Of a stretch of DNA of 64,000 nt, positions 16,601 through 25,400 are shown in pieces; within the stretch, counting starts at the first letter, position 1, and the number at the start of each line of letters is the position of its first letter. The position numbers were made by a program, and so were the translations under genes. The notes beneath the pieces are model-generated. The model made no database searches. It saw nothing but the letters and a program-made list of their open reading frames with translations, and was not told where the DNA came from. Origin of the DNA: Ostreococcus lucimarinus (taxonomy: Eukaryota); assembly GCA_000092065.1 (NCBI GenBank), contig CP000591.1; one strand, 5' to 3'.

Positions 16601-17740
16601 TTAAAGCGACTAGATGACACTGGCGCGGCTGAATCAGACGATGCGCGCTTATTGCGCTCCGAGCTCGCCGCTATGGGTTCTCAACTCGACTCGTGCAGAG
16701 AAACTCTCGCTGCGTGCTCGCACGGTCTCAGCGTGCTTGAATCGCGCATGGCCGAAGAATTCGCGGCGATGGGCAAGTCGCCAATGTTCGCAGAAGGCAT
16801 GGACACTACTCGCAGTCGCGTACGCGATCTAGAAAAGTCACTCGCGGCGGCGAATGCCCAGTCCGACGTCACCTTCAAGAATCTGCAAATCGCGCTCGAC
16901 GCATCGACGATGGATGTCGGAAGGGATATTCCTGTCGAGTTTAAAATCCCGTTTCAATCAATCCCAGGACAACGTATTTTAGTCGTTGGTACTTGGTGCG
17001 ATTGGATCACTCAAAACGGCTTGCAGTTGACGTGGACCGAGGGGAACATATGGAAAGGCACGATGACACTGCACACAGGCTCAAATTACGAGTACAAGTA
17101 CGTCGTTGTGGAGGAAGTCCTCGGCGGAGTGCCTGGGGAAGCACCGCCGTACTTTCCGCCCTGGGGCACAACCGAGCCAAAGATTGAGCAGATGTTCGAC
17201 GGACGGGCGTACATGCTCGTCTGGCAGCCAGGAAACAACAAGGCGATGGCGCTCGACAACATTCACACGGATGGCGTCGCGCAAATTAAAGTTTCAGACG
17301 ACTGGATCGCCAATCCCAAGAAATCACCGATCACACTCTTCGCCGCGGATGGAGAAGTGCTTGAGATCGTCGGCTCGACGGCACTGCTCGGTGAAACGGT
17401 CGATCGCGCCGATCACGCCCTCGCCGAGGCTCGAAAGCAAGTCCAAATGATGGCCGACTTGGCGAGCGCCGCGTTGGCTGAAGTCGATACCCAGCTCGCG
17501 AGACGAATCGCCACGCAACTGGACGATATTCGTCACAAAGGAACTTTGTCTACCGACAGCGACGGTAAGCATCACCGTGGAACAAAGGCGCTTCCCTCGA
17601 GCGTTGAGGCCGGCTCGCCAAGGTCTAATCTTAACTGGATGAATATTGGATTCGGGTTGGAAGCCCAAGACGATGGCGAAGATTCAACATCGGCTTCGAC
17701 TGACGCGGAAGACGCCGGCGATGGCATCGACTACGCGTAA
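10619..17740 (+). CDS. Giant coiled-coil repeat protein, 3' portion. It contains more repeat-A arrays, two 1539-bp higher-order repeats, unique coiled-coil sequence and a C-terminal CBM20-like starch-binding domain. It is probably the same gene as 1..10632.
   Basis: The ORF is in frame 2 to a TAA at 17738-17740. Its first codons (gaaaaacttgagtcattgcgccgtgagcacgaa) are homologous to 13710-13745 and 15249-15284, which are internal to the repeat. The C-terminus has a CBM20-like motif. Convergent 3' ends follow. Confidence 0.8.
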   Translation: MEKLESLRREHETKLNDMRESATQQRADLESQLREREEDIERVRSELDESKAALESERDALQSELERVLSQVSESESLQSAAVSDLESERDALRSQLADLSSARDSELASVRADLESQLREREEDIERVRSELDESKAALESERDALQSELERVLSQVSESESLQSAAVSDLESERDALRSQLADLSSARDSELASVRADLESQLREREEDIERVRSELDESKAALESERDALQSELERVLSQVSESESLQSAAVSDLESERDALRSQLADLSSARDSELASVRADLESQLREREEDIERVRSELDESKAALESERDALQSELERVLSQVSESESLQSAAVSDLESERDALRSQLADLSSARDSELASVRADLESQLREREDDIERVRSELDESKAALESERDALQSELERVLSQVPEVDASQSAAVSDLESERDALRSQLADLSSARDSELASVRADLESQLREREEDIERVRSELDESKAALESERDALQSELERVLSQVPEVDASQSAAVSDLESERDALRSQLADLSSARDSELASVRADLESQLREREEDIERVRSELDESKAALESERDALQSELERVLSQVPEVDASQSAAVSDLESERDALRSQLADLSSARDSELASVRADLESQLREREEDIERVRSELDESKAALESERDALQSELERVLSQVPEVDASQSAAVSDLESERDALRSQLADLSSARDSELASVRADLESQLREREEDIERVRSELDESKAALESERDALQSELERVLGELSQSTSALRRVEEDLNAALSDRDEFEEESDRLRRRLPRLEREHNELEDAMRLEMDELASKLAAMSKARDDLEKDMIEQSDGLYKALGSSREDLQRELNEGKKLLAQREAELKRLTADFSLKEHAIESEREALATELDRLIHKVPALELTTAELEAERAELREKLDDLIANRDQLAANLRTENDSMSAELSMTREALDEQFNAVTTQLLETDEIIDKMRKDNEAAKEAAENDRLALQGELERVVSESNKLRAAQATAESLLRAERDDLEDKVEKLESLRREHETKLNDMRESATQQRADLESQLREREEDIERVRSELDESKAALESERDALQSELERVLSQVSESESLQSAAVSDLESERDALRSQLADLSSARDSELASVRADLESQLREREEDIERVRSELDESKAALESERDALQSELERVLSQVPEVDASQSAAVSDLESERDALRSQLADLSSARDSELASVRADLESQLREREEDIERVRSELDESKAALESERDALQSELERVLGELSQSTSALRRVEEDLNAALSDRDEFEEESDRLRRRLPRLEREHNELEDAMRLEMDELASKLAAMSKARDDLEKDMIEQSDGLYKALGSSREDLQRELNEGKKLLAQREAELKRLTADFSLKEHALESEREALATELDRLIHKVPALELTAAELEAERAELREKLDDLIANRDQLAANLRTENDSMSAELSMTREALDEQFNAVTTQLLETDEIIDKMRKDNEAAKEAAENDRLALQGELERVVSESNKLRAAQATAESLLRAERDDLEDKVEKLESLRREHETKLNDVRESATQQRADLESQLREREEDIERVRSELDESKAALESERDALQSELERVLSQVSESESLQSAAVSDLESERDALRSQLADLSSARDSELASVRADLESQLREREEDIERVRSELDESKAALESERDALQSELERVLSQVSESESLQSAAVSDLESERDALRSQLADLSSARDSELASVRADLESQLREREEDIERVRSELDESKAALESERDALQSELERVMDDVLNAEALAEQAELIRSQMQADMEQLVEARQSVEQRLQDVDSALQISLNKVATLEIEQERLRLELSASEKALAESERARSESDAEILALSDELSDALNARLLIEQRLRARDEELETARIKQSELITENSKLRAELMDAKAMADDYTRQLSSGLFGDEKRVEAGIQRFDSFEASDTGIFATDEADEAFVTACNMVQRIEILVRRQKQTGEELKRLDDTGAAESDDARLLRSELAAMGSQLDSCRETLAACSHGLSVLESRMAEEFAAMGKSPMFAEGMDTTRSRVRDLEKSLAAANAQSDVTFKNLQIALDASTMDVGRDIPVEFKIPFQSIPGQRILVVGTWCDWITQNGLQLTWTEGNIWKGTMTLHTGSNYEYKYVVVEEVLGGVPGEAPPYFPPWGTTEPKIEQMFDGRAYMLVWQPGNNKAMALDNIHTDGVAQIKVSDDWIANPKKSPITLFAADGEVLEIVGSTALLGETVDRADHALAEARKQVQMMADLASAALAEVDTQLARRIATQLDDIRHKGTLSTDSDGKHHRGTKALPSSVEAGSPRSNLNWMNIGFGLEAQDDGEDSTSASTDAEDAGDGIDYA
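10690..12886 (+). repeat. Second repeat-A array, about 8.5 copies of the 258-bp unit: four copies of a SQVSESESLQSAAVSD variant followed by four or five copies of the SQVPEVDASQSAAVSD variant
   Basis: The same 258-bp period is present. Variant-specific tgtctgagtctgagtctctgcag appears at 10833, 11091, 11349 and 11607. The gtgcccgaggttgacgcgtcgcag variant appears at 11865, 12123, 12381 and 12639. One copy has a gaggacgac (E->D) change at about 11761. Confidence 0.9.
12887..15963 (+). repeat. Two tandem copies of a 1539-bp (513-aa) higher-order coding repeat, here called repeat C. Each copy is about 900 bp of unique coiled-coil sequence plus 2.5 repeat-A units.
   Basis: ctgggagagttgagtcagtcgacttcggcgcttcggcgcgttgaggag occurs at 12887 and 14426, a spacing of 1539. 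The copies differ by only a few substitutions (T/A, I/L, M/V). A partial third copy (the 3' end of the unique part plus a repeat-A array) begins at 10620. Confidence 0.9.
16927..17250 (+). other. CBM20-like (CBM20/48-superfamily) starch- or glucan-binding domain at the C-terminus of the giant coiled-coil protein
   Basis: Translation reads IPVEFKIPFQSIPGQRILVVGTWCDWITQNGLQLTWTEGNIWKGTMTLHTGSNYEYKYVVVEE. It carries the conserved CBM20 pattern V.F.....GQ.v.vvG....W......L.W....W...l.l..g...EYKyv. Confidence 0.6.
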
Positions 17741-17820
17741 GGAATGCATGCGATCACGGCAAACGATCGCCATAGCGCGCACCATAGCATTTAGATGTAC
17801 ACGATGAATGTGTCTAGAAA

Positions 17821-18552
17821 TCAAATCGCGCCCGATTCGCCGACGTGAAATTTCTTCGCCCCCAACTCCCTCGCCGCCACGCGCTGTTCCACGGCTCGCG
17901 CGTCACTGACGGGCGGTACCGCGCGCGCGTAATGTCGCATCGCGCGTCCAATATCACGCTCCTCTTCTTCCGCGTCGTCCCCCACCCCATAAAAACCCAC
18001 GAGCTCTAACAAACGATCCGGCTGCTTCGCCACCGCGTCTCTCGCCTCCGCCGCGCCGAGCGTCTCCTCCAACCCGCGCATCGCTTCTTCCAGCGCTCGC
18101 CCATCGCACAGCAGCAGTCCCGGTGCGAGCGTTATCTGCCGCCCTGAGATCCCCGCCACGCATCGTTTCACCATCAACACGCGCTTTACGAATTCGTCCT
18201 CGCGCAGCGCCAACAGCCTCGGCTCTCGCGCCGCGGACGCCGGCACGTCCAACCCGTGCGAGCCGCAATTTCCGTCGCCATCCACCGGGAACACGCGCAA
18301 CAGCGCGCGCACTTTCGATTCCAATCGCGCTGGATCGCGATACAGCGATTCGCGCGATGATTTCGTGACGATTTGTCGGCAGTGCGCGGCGCCCGTCCAA
18401 TTTCTCCAAAACTTTTCAACCGCGCGGTCGTTCGCGTCGGTGAACGCGCACTCGCCGTCGCCCGCGCTGCGCGCGCGCGCCGCGCGACTCGCCGCGCCCG
18501 AAGTCGACGTCGACGGCCCGCGCGACGGCGCGCGCGTGAAGTTTGCGCGCAT
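17821..18552 (-). CDS. Hypothetical protein (243 aa). It contains a VDGDGNC motif; any OTU-like cysteine protease relationship is speculative.
   Basis: The ATG at 18552 was verified (plus-strand cat at 18550-18552). The gene is convergent with the giant gene. Amino-acid composition looks like a real protein in the C-terminal two-thirds, but I recognise no confident homology. Confidence 0.35.
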   Translation of the reverse strand: MRANFTRAPSRGPSTSTSGAASRAARARSAGDGECAFTDANDRAVEKFWRNWTGAAHCRQIVTKSSRESLYRDPARLESKVRALLRVFPVDGDGNCGSHGLDVPASAAREPRLLALREDEFVKRVLMVKRCVAGISGRQITLAPGLLLCDGRALEEAMRGLEETLGAAEARDAVAKQPDRLLELVGFYGVGDDAEEEERDIGRAMRHYARAVPPVSDARAVEQRVAARELGAKKFHVGESGAI

Positions 18553-18578
18553 CTGAATGACGGCGTAACGTCTTCGCG

Positions 18579-19766
18579 ATGGCGCCGGTCGCGGTCGCCG
18601 CGAACGTTGAAATCGCGGCGCCGCTCGCGGTGGAAGACACGGCCACGCTTTGCGACCTCGTGCGCGGCGCGCTGTGCTTCTGGCGGTGCGAGAGGGATTA
18701 TTTCTTCGCGGAAGGGTCGAAGTGCGCGAGGGCGCGAGACGCGTGCGCGGCGGCGTGTCGCCTGCCGCCGGAATGGGTCACGCGAGCGCTCGGCACGACG
18801 CGAGAACGAGAAATCGCGAAGCACACGGACCCTTTGGAACGGAAAGAATATTTGGGGACGCTCACGGAGGAGGAGGCGCGGACGTTGAGGCGGAGACGGG
18901 CGGAGGCGGCGCGCTTCGTGAGACGAAGAGCGATGGCCGCGGCGCCGGAGAGACAGAGCATGACGAAGCGGGCGGGGGAACGACGGAGACGGGAGCGAGC
19001 GTGGACCTCGTCAAAGTTGAGAAAGGATGGGGACGACGCGTCGGTGAGCGCGAGCGATGAGTTCGGGAAGGCGGAGGCGCTCGAGGCCGAGCTAGCGGAG
19101 GCGAACGCTCGGCGGTATCGCCGCGCCTACGACGGCGCCGATGAATCGGGGTATTCGTCGCGATCGTCGTCGTATTACTCGGACGAATCGTCGTATTCGT
19201 CGTACACCGGGTCGTCGTATTCGTCGTACACCGGGTCGTCGTATTCGTCGTACGCCTCGGACGCAGACGCCGAGCGGGAGCGTCGGCGCGCGTTGGCGCT
19301 CGACGCAATGAAGCCCCCGAACGACGCCACGGCGATGACCGTCTCGCGCAAGGATGCGCTCGGCAAACCATTAATCGTCGGCAAGCACTTGGCGTTCGCC
19401 ACCGAAGGTTTACTCCCCGAAGGCTTGACGCGCTGGGAGGCGTACATCGCCGAAGCCGAACGCGCCGGCGAGCTTCGCGACGCCAAAATGCGTCGCCGCG
19501 CCGAGCGTCGCGATCGATCCCTCCACCGCGAGCTCGATGCTCTGAAACTCTACGCCGACAGGGTCAAGCTCAGCGAGCAAGACGTGCAAATCCGTCGTCA
19601 AGCGTTGATCGACGCGCACGACGCGCGCGTTCGCGAATCCGTCGAGCGCGAAGTCAAAATAGCCGCCCGCGCGCGTCGCAAGCGCAACGTCCTGCTCAAT
19701 CTCGACCACGACGCGCGCTCTAGATTATTAAAGCGCTGGGCTCTCCGCCCCAGCGCTCAGAAATAG
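18579..19766 (+). CDS. Hypothetical protein (395 aa) with an SSYSSYTG/SSYSSYAS low-complexity repeat and a C-terminal charged coiled-coil
   Basis: The ATG at 18579 was verified. Repeated tcgtcgta(t/c)tcgtcgtacaccgggtcg occurs around 19170-19260. No homology recognised. Confidence 0.4.
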   Translation: MAPVAVAANVEIAAPLAVEDTATLCDLVRGALCFWRCERDYFFAEGSKCARARDACAAACRLPPEWVTRALGTTREREIAKHTDPLERKEYLGTLTEEEARTLRRRRAEAARFVRRRAMAAAPERQSMTKRAGERRRRERAWTSSKLRKDGDDASVSASDEFGKAEALEAELAEANARRYRRAYDGADESGYSSRSSSYYSDESSYSSYTGSSYSSYTGSSYSSYASDADAERERRRALALDAMKPPNDATAMTVSRKDALGKPLIVGKHLAFATEGLLPEGLTRWEAYIAEAERAGELRDAKMRRRAERRDRSLHRELDALKLYADRVKLSEQDVQIRRQALIDAHDARVRESVEREVKIAARARRKRNVLLNLDHDARSRLLKRWALRPSAQK

Positions 19767-19879
19767 CACCGATTCAGAGTCGTGCCGCGCGTCCGGCGCG
19801 CTCGTTCGCGCGCCGTCGCCGCCTCGCCAGTCTCACACCGCGCCGCGCCGCTTCGCGTCGCCGCCGCCGCGCGCGCGTC

Positions 19880-20656
19880 ATGTCTCGCGCCGGACTCACG
19901 CCCGCCGCGCGCCGCGCGATGGACCGCGCGCTCGACGGCGCGCCCGACGCCGTCGAGCGCGTCGCGCAGAAACCGCCCGCGCCCGCGACGCGCCGCCGCG
20001 CGCGCGGTCGCTCGCTCGCGCGCGCCGTCCCGCTCGTCGCGTTCCTCGACGACCGACCGCGATTGAAACACTTCTCGCTCGGCTTCCTCGCGGGCGCGTG
20101 CGCGATGGCGGCGATCGCGATGGAGGAGGTGAAGAGGATGGTGGCGGCGCGCGACGACGAGCGGCGGCGCGAGCGAGACGCGAGACGACGCGCGAGGATT
20201 GAGAAAAAGGCGGTGAATAAATTGAACTCGGTGCCGATAATCGTGGAGATGAGCGATGAAGAGGCGGGCGACGGGATCGGGGGGGACGTCGGGACGAGGG
20301 ACGAAGAGCACAAGATGGCGCTGCTGGTGCGAGAGGACGTGGCGATGGGGGCGGGGAAGTTGGCGGCGCAGGCGGGACACGCGGCGGTTGGCGCGGCGAT
20401 GGCGACGCGGGATCGATCGCCGATGCTGATGGGAAGATGGGAGTGCGATGGGCAAAAGAAGGTGACGCTGGGGGTGAAGAATCTGAGGGTGATGAATGAA
20501 CTGTTGGGAGAGGCGAAGACGGCGCGGTTGACGACGTTTGTCGTGGAGGACGCCGGCCGCACGGAGGTGGAACCGGGCACGGTGACGGTCGCCGCCATCG
20601 GACCGGCGGCGGCGTCCGACATTGATAAAATCACGGGACACCTGCGTTTGTACTAG
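19880..20656 (+). CDS. PTH2: Peptidyl-tRNA hydrolase 2 (PTH2 family) with an N-terminal hydrophobic anchor
   Basis: The ATG at 19880 was verified. The C-terminal domain reads ALLVREDVAMGAGKLAAQAGHAAVGA ... VTVAAIGP ... KITGHLRLY, which matches the conserved PTH2 core (GK.AAQ..HA) and C-terminal KLY/RLY ending. The N-terminal segment FLAGACAMAAIAM is TM-like. Confidence 0.8.
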   Translation: MSRAGLTPAARRAMDRALDGAPDAVERVAQKPPAPATRRRARGRSLARAVPLVAFLDDRPRLKHFSLGFLAGACAMAAIAMEEVKRMVAARDDERRRERDARRRARIEKKAVNKLNSVPIIVEMSDEEAGDGIGGDVGTRDEEHKMALLVREDVAMGAGKLAAQAGHAAVGAAMATRDRSPMLMGRWECDGQKKVTLGVKNLRVMNELLGEAKTARLTTFVVEDAGRTEVEPGTVTVAAIGPAAASDIDKITGHLRLY

Positions 20657-20753
20657 CGTTTCGTCGATCGTTCCGGGACTAGATTATCATCAATGAGAAA
20701 TTCAATTATTGTTTTACAAATCTTTCGTCGTCGGACGGTCTTGTAAGTCTCGA

Positions 20754-22386
20754 TCAAGAAAAGACGTCTTCCCGATCCATCGGTGCCGTTTCTTCCGGTT
20801 TCTCCGCCTCGAGCGCGGCGAACTCGAGGAAGTGCGTCGGTCTGTGTCGCTCGTGGTAAAATTCGAGCGGATTCCCGAGCTTGAGTGCGTACTTCATGCC
20901 CGCCGAGTGCTTGACGCCTTGGAAAGAATAGTTCCACGACCCGCCGTCGGGAACCATGTAGTAACCCAAGAAACGATCGGAGAGTAACATTTGAACCTTT
21001 TCGAAATGTCCGGGTCCATATCCTTGCGGATTTGTGCTCGTCATGTCCTTGTTCGCGCGGCCCCATTCGTACCCTGCGGGCGTGATCTTGTACGCCGTCA
21101 ACGAGCACGAACCCGGGGTGAACGAGCACGTCAAGATGATGCTCTTTTCTCCATCCCAGGACGAATTTTGCTCGAGAATCTTGGCGTGCTGCGTGCAATC
21201 CTGCGGTTGCAATTGAGAGCTCTCGTTCGGTTGCGTGTGAATCCACCCCAACGGCTCGAGATCGCTCAAGTAGTCGTGCTCCGGGAGCGTCGACGGTAAA
21301 TTCACCGAGCTGTGGTTGCCCCACTGAGGCGGCATCACGACGCAACGGATCTCCTTCACTTGAGGGTTGTCCGGCGGCGAAACGCCGTACATGTAACCCG
21401 CAATCTGCGTACGCAAATCGGCGATAGTGATGAACTTTTTCAACACGTTCTTGGGCATGATGTATGTGTATCCAGTCTCCTTCAAGTCGTCGCTGTTGAC
21501 GTAAATGTGGTTCACGCGCAAATGTAAATTTGTCGCGCTGATGGCTCGAATACGCCAATCGGTCTTACTACCGAACGTTGATTGTTCGTACGGACTCGTA
21601 GTGGTGACGATGAGCTCGTCTCCGTGCACATTCGTAGTCTTGGTCGTGACGGCAATCTGCTGGTTGGCATCTTGCCCACGTTTTTCGATTTCGGCAATCT
21701 CTTGTCGCTGCACAGACGGCGGCGTGATTTCAGCGCCAAGAATGATGTCGCGAACCTCGCTTTGCGTCAACGCCGAGACGTTGACGTTGTTCTTCGCAGA
21801 ATAATCCGCCAAGATCAAGTCTTTCAAAGCGATTTCAACCTTGATCCATTGCTCATCGGTGAGATCTGGCCACACGTGATGCGGTAGCGTCACGACACTC
21901 TTGTCAGGACGCAACATCATCTTTGCCTTTTCGTTGTTGACGTGCAACGCTCGTAAAATCAAAATCAAACGACTAAAGGCTGTGTAACTCGAAATTGTCT
22001 TCAACCAATCGTCGTAGATGTTGAACAACACCATTTGCGGCTCAGTGGCTTTCAAGATGAGATCGCCAAACTTTTCGATCTTCATGCACGCTTGGAACGG
22101 CAGTTGCAACTCGCTTCCCTTGATGACGATGTTCGGGTAATCGAGCATGTGCGTCTCCAACGGGTCGAGCATACCCTTTCTCGTCACGATGATTTGTTTG
22201 GGTTGCTCTTCGATCGGGAGAGAGCGAATCAAGGCCGCGACTTCTTCTGCTGTCTTCCACTTGGCCAACTGCGCGAGACGCTTCTGCCCAGCCCACACGC
22301 TCGTGTGAATGATCTTCAAAAAGAGTTGACCAGTGCGCGGGTTGAAGATGAAAATAGCACCGTTGATTGGTTTTGTCACCAAGTTA

Positions 22387-22427
<41 letters not shown>

Positions 22428-25400
22428 ATCGTCCACGAACCAAATTGTTTGGTTGCTGAACAACTCGCCGTAGTTTTGAGAGTTGAGATACGGTTCGGTG
22501 GGCTCAGAGGAGTACAACTGCAAACCCTTACGAATGCGCTCGCGCAATACGTAAAGCGCCGGGTTAGCTTTCATGATCTTCGCCATCGCTTGTTGCACCA
22601 AAGGTTTGCACCCAGGGAACCAGTTACCGTAGGCTGAGTGCAAGTTGTACGCCAAGTCGATGCCTATCATCACCCCAGTCGGCGACGGGTAAATGGACAT
22701 GTTGTCCGTGGTGTAATCCAAAAACTTTGCGCGCGTGTAACGCTCAATGTCATGAGAATCAAAGTCACCCCAGCGAAGCTGCACGTCGACCCAGAACTTG
22801 TTCGAACTCTTTTGATCGAAAGAATCGTTTGTCTCGCCCATGAGCGACGGCTTGCAAATCGACCACTTGTACGCGGCGAAGAGCAAAATGTCGGCGCAAG
22901 AGCTGTTCATCTTGTACGACTTTCTCGGGTGAATCGTTTCCTTTTGAACCGTTTCAATCTCTAGCGCGTCGAGTTCTTGGTCGAAAACGTTGCACATATC
23001 CATGACGACGGACTCGTGGATCTTTTGCCACAAGTGCGCTCGGAAGATTTGAATCAACGAAATCTTCAGCGTAGGAATTTTACCGTGCATGAAGATGCCT
23101 GTCAAGTCAAGTTGGACTTGGAATCCGACGTAGACATTAGCGCGGTTGATCGTAGGCGACCACCAGAGCGTGAATCGACGATTCGGAATTTGGTTTAAGC
23201 CACTGCGCTGCGCGTTCGTCAATTTCTTGTACTGCATCGATTGCTCGAATCCACTTGCTTTCTCCCAGAACAAACCTTCCCAAGTGGGAAAGTACGTTCC
23301 CTTGAAGAGCGTGTGCTCGAGGATACCCTCGACGCCACCGAGCGCCTGAATGACGTCGGTGCGGTAGTTGTTCAAGTTCCAGAGTTTGCCGTCGTGTCGC
23401 TGATGCGTCCACCAGAACGGATTTTGTCTGGTGAGATTGTACTCTTTGAAAGTCAATCGCACGCGCCAACCCTTATCGTACGCGAGCGTGTGTCGATCCT
23501 TTTGGAACAAGGTGTTGATGCGCGGAATACCGCGATCCCACGAGTCTTCCAAGTCCTCCAATGTGAGACGACGATTCTGCGCCTGCGCTTCTTGACGCTT
23601 CAACGCGTACTCAGCCCACACGCGTTGGGAATCGTTAAATTCAGCCTCCCAAGGTTGGATGTAGCGGAACAGGTTCGGAATGAGTTGATCTTCTTCGTGC
23701 GTCATTCCCGAGCGGAAGTGCGTGATGCCAGAGTCGGTCTGCACGCTGTACCGCAAGTCGCTCTGGGGGATGAGAATGTGACCCATCGAGAGCATACCCA
23801 AACCACCGATTTCTTTCGGTGCGGCGAACACGCACGGCGGGAAACGGCTCGGCATCTTCGAATTCAAACCAATTTTCACGCGAGTCTGAATCTTATTCTC
23901 ACACTTCACCAACAAATCAAGCAACTCCGAGGTGTGAATTGTTGCCTCTCGGTAGTACGTCATCAAGCCGATGAGTGCCGTGTTCCACTTGTTGACAATC
24001 TTGGAAAACGTCGTCGCACCGGATGACATGAGCACTTGCCGGATACGGTTTTCGAATGACTTAAGCGCTTCATCATCGACACGCAAGAATGCCTGCGCCG
24101 TTCGCTCCTTGGTTTGCTCGTTGTGCAAGTTCCAGACGCCGTCCTTGTTGGCAAAGTACTCAGTCGCCATGCGAATCTTTGGCAAAATACGCACTTCAAA
24201 GCCGCTCATGGCAAAGAGCAAGTTGGGGTTGTCGCGAGAGTACACGCTGACGAAACCATTATCCCATTCCAACGTCGTTAACGAGCGCGGAAGACGGTTT
24301 TTGATATCCCAGAATACTGCGCGACCCAAGTTGACGTCGTGCTTCATCAAGCGCATGCGCGCATCGCGAGGCCAGCACTTCTTGTTGTTGTAACCAACCA
24401 TGTTTTCGTTGTTTGGATCGGGATGCTCGGTGAGATAACGCTGAATCAAGTCTTTTGACTCATCAGCGGTGAATCTGAACAGAACGTGCACTCGATCGAT
24501 GTAACGAGAGTACAAACGAATCGGGTGTCGCGTCTCTGTCTCCACGTCTCGATATGAAATGAATTCATTCGGCATGTTCGCCGGACCAGCAATCTCTGAG
24601 GCGCGAGTTAAGCCGAGCAGCAACAAATCTAAAACTAAACCGTAGTACTGCGTCATGAACGATGCGAATTGCAAGCCACGGATCATACCGTAGCTGTTCG
24701 TGTGACTCATGTCCTTGTATGAAATCACCACGTTGTTCTTTGCCGTGCAATAATCAGCGATGTTGTGATCGACAATCAAACGCATCAAACGGTTGAGCAG
24801 GGTGAGGTCAACCTTTTCAAACATTTTCTCGAAGCGCGTTTGCAACATTACCACACATTCGCCCTCGTTCGTGTCCCAAACATCCGTCAAGTTGTTGATG
24901 CCTTGGCACCACTTGTACACCAAGAGCGGCGCCGGCTCGGTGTCTGAAGGCTTGATCCAGTTGGGGAACAGTTGGCGTTTGTCCGCTTCGTACCAGATGT
25001 ACTGATCGAGATACGCGTCAGAAATCTTTTCCAAAGGTTCGATTTCGTACACCGGTATCAAGTGAGAGTACAAATCCATGAACTCGATGTTCACCTCCTT
25101 GAACGCGCGTTGAGTTAGCAAGTGACGCTTGATTCGGCTGAGCGCCTCGTGCGGGTTGTCGAAGGCTTGCTCAATTAAGCCGAGCTCTTCACGCTGATTT
25201 TGATTCAAGCGAGCGTTCACTGAGTAGTTCTCTTTCAAACGCTCGAGCGCCAAGATGAGCAGCTTGCGATCGTGCTTGTACGACAACGGCGGGAAAGGAA
25301 TCGGCGAGAATCTGCGAGATTCAAGCCAGTGCACCGTGGTGGTGTAAATGGCGACTGCTTCTTCTGGAGTGACGTAAGGACCGTCTTTCAGGTAGTTGTG

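Noticed and set aside
17741-17820. Possible small RNA or tRNA in short intergenic spacers, including 20657-20753, 35190-35310, 42441-42522 and 62296-62398
   Set aside because: No cloverleaf-compatible stems or conserved tRNA boxes were evident by eye. These are short convergent or tandem 3' spacers. I cannot exclude small ncRNAs without a covariance-model search (tRNAscan-SE, Infernal).
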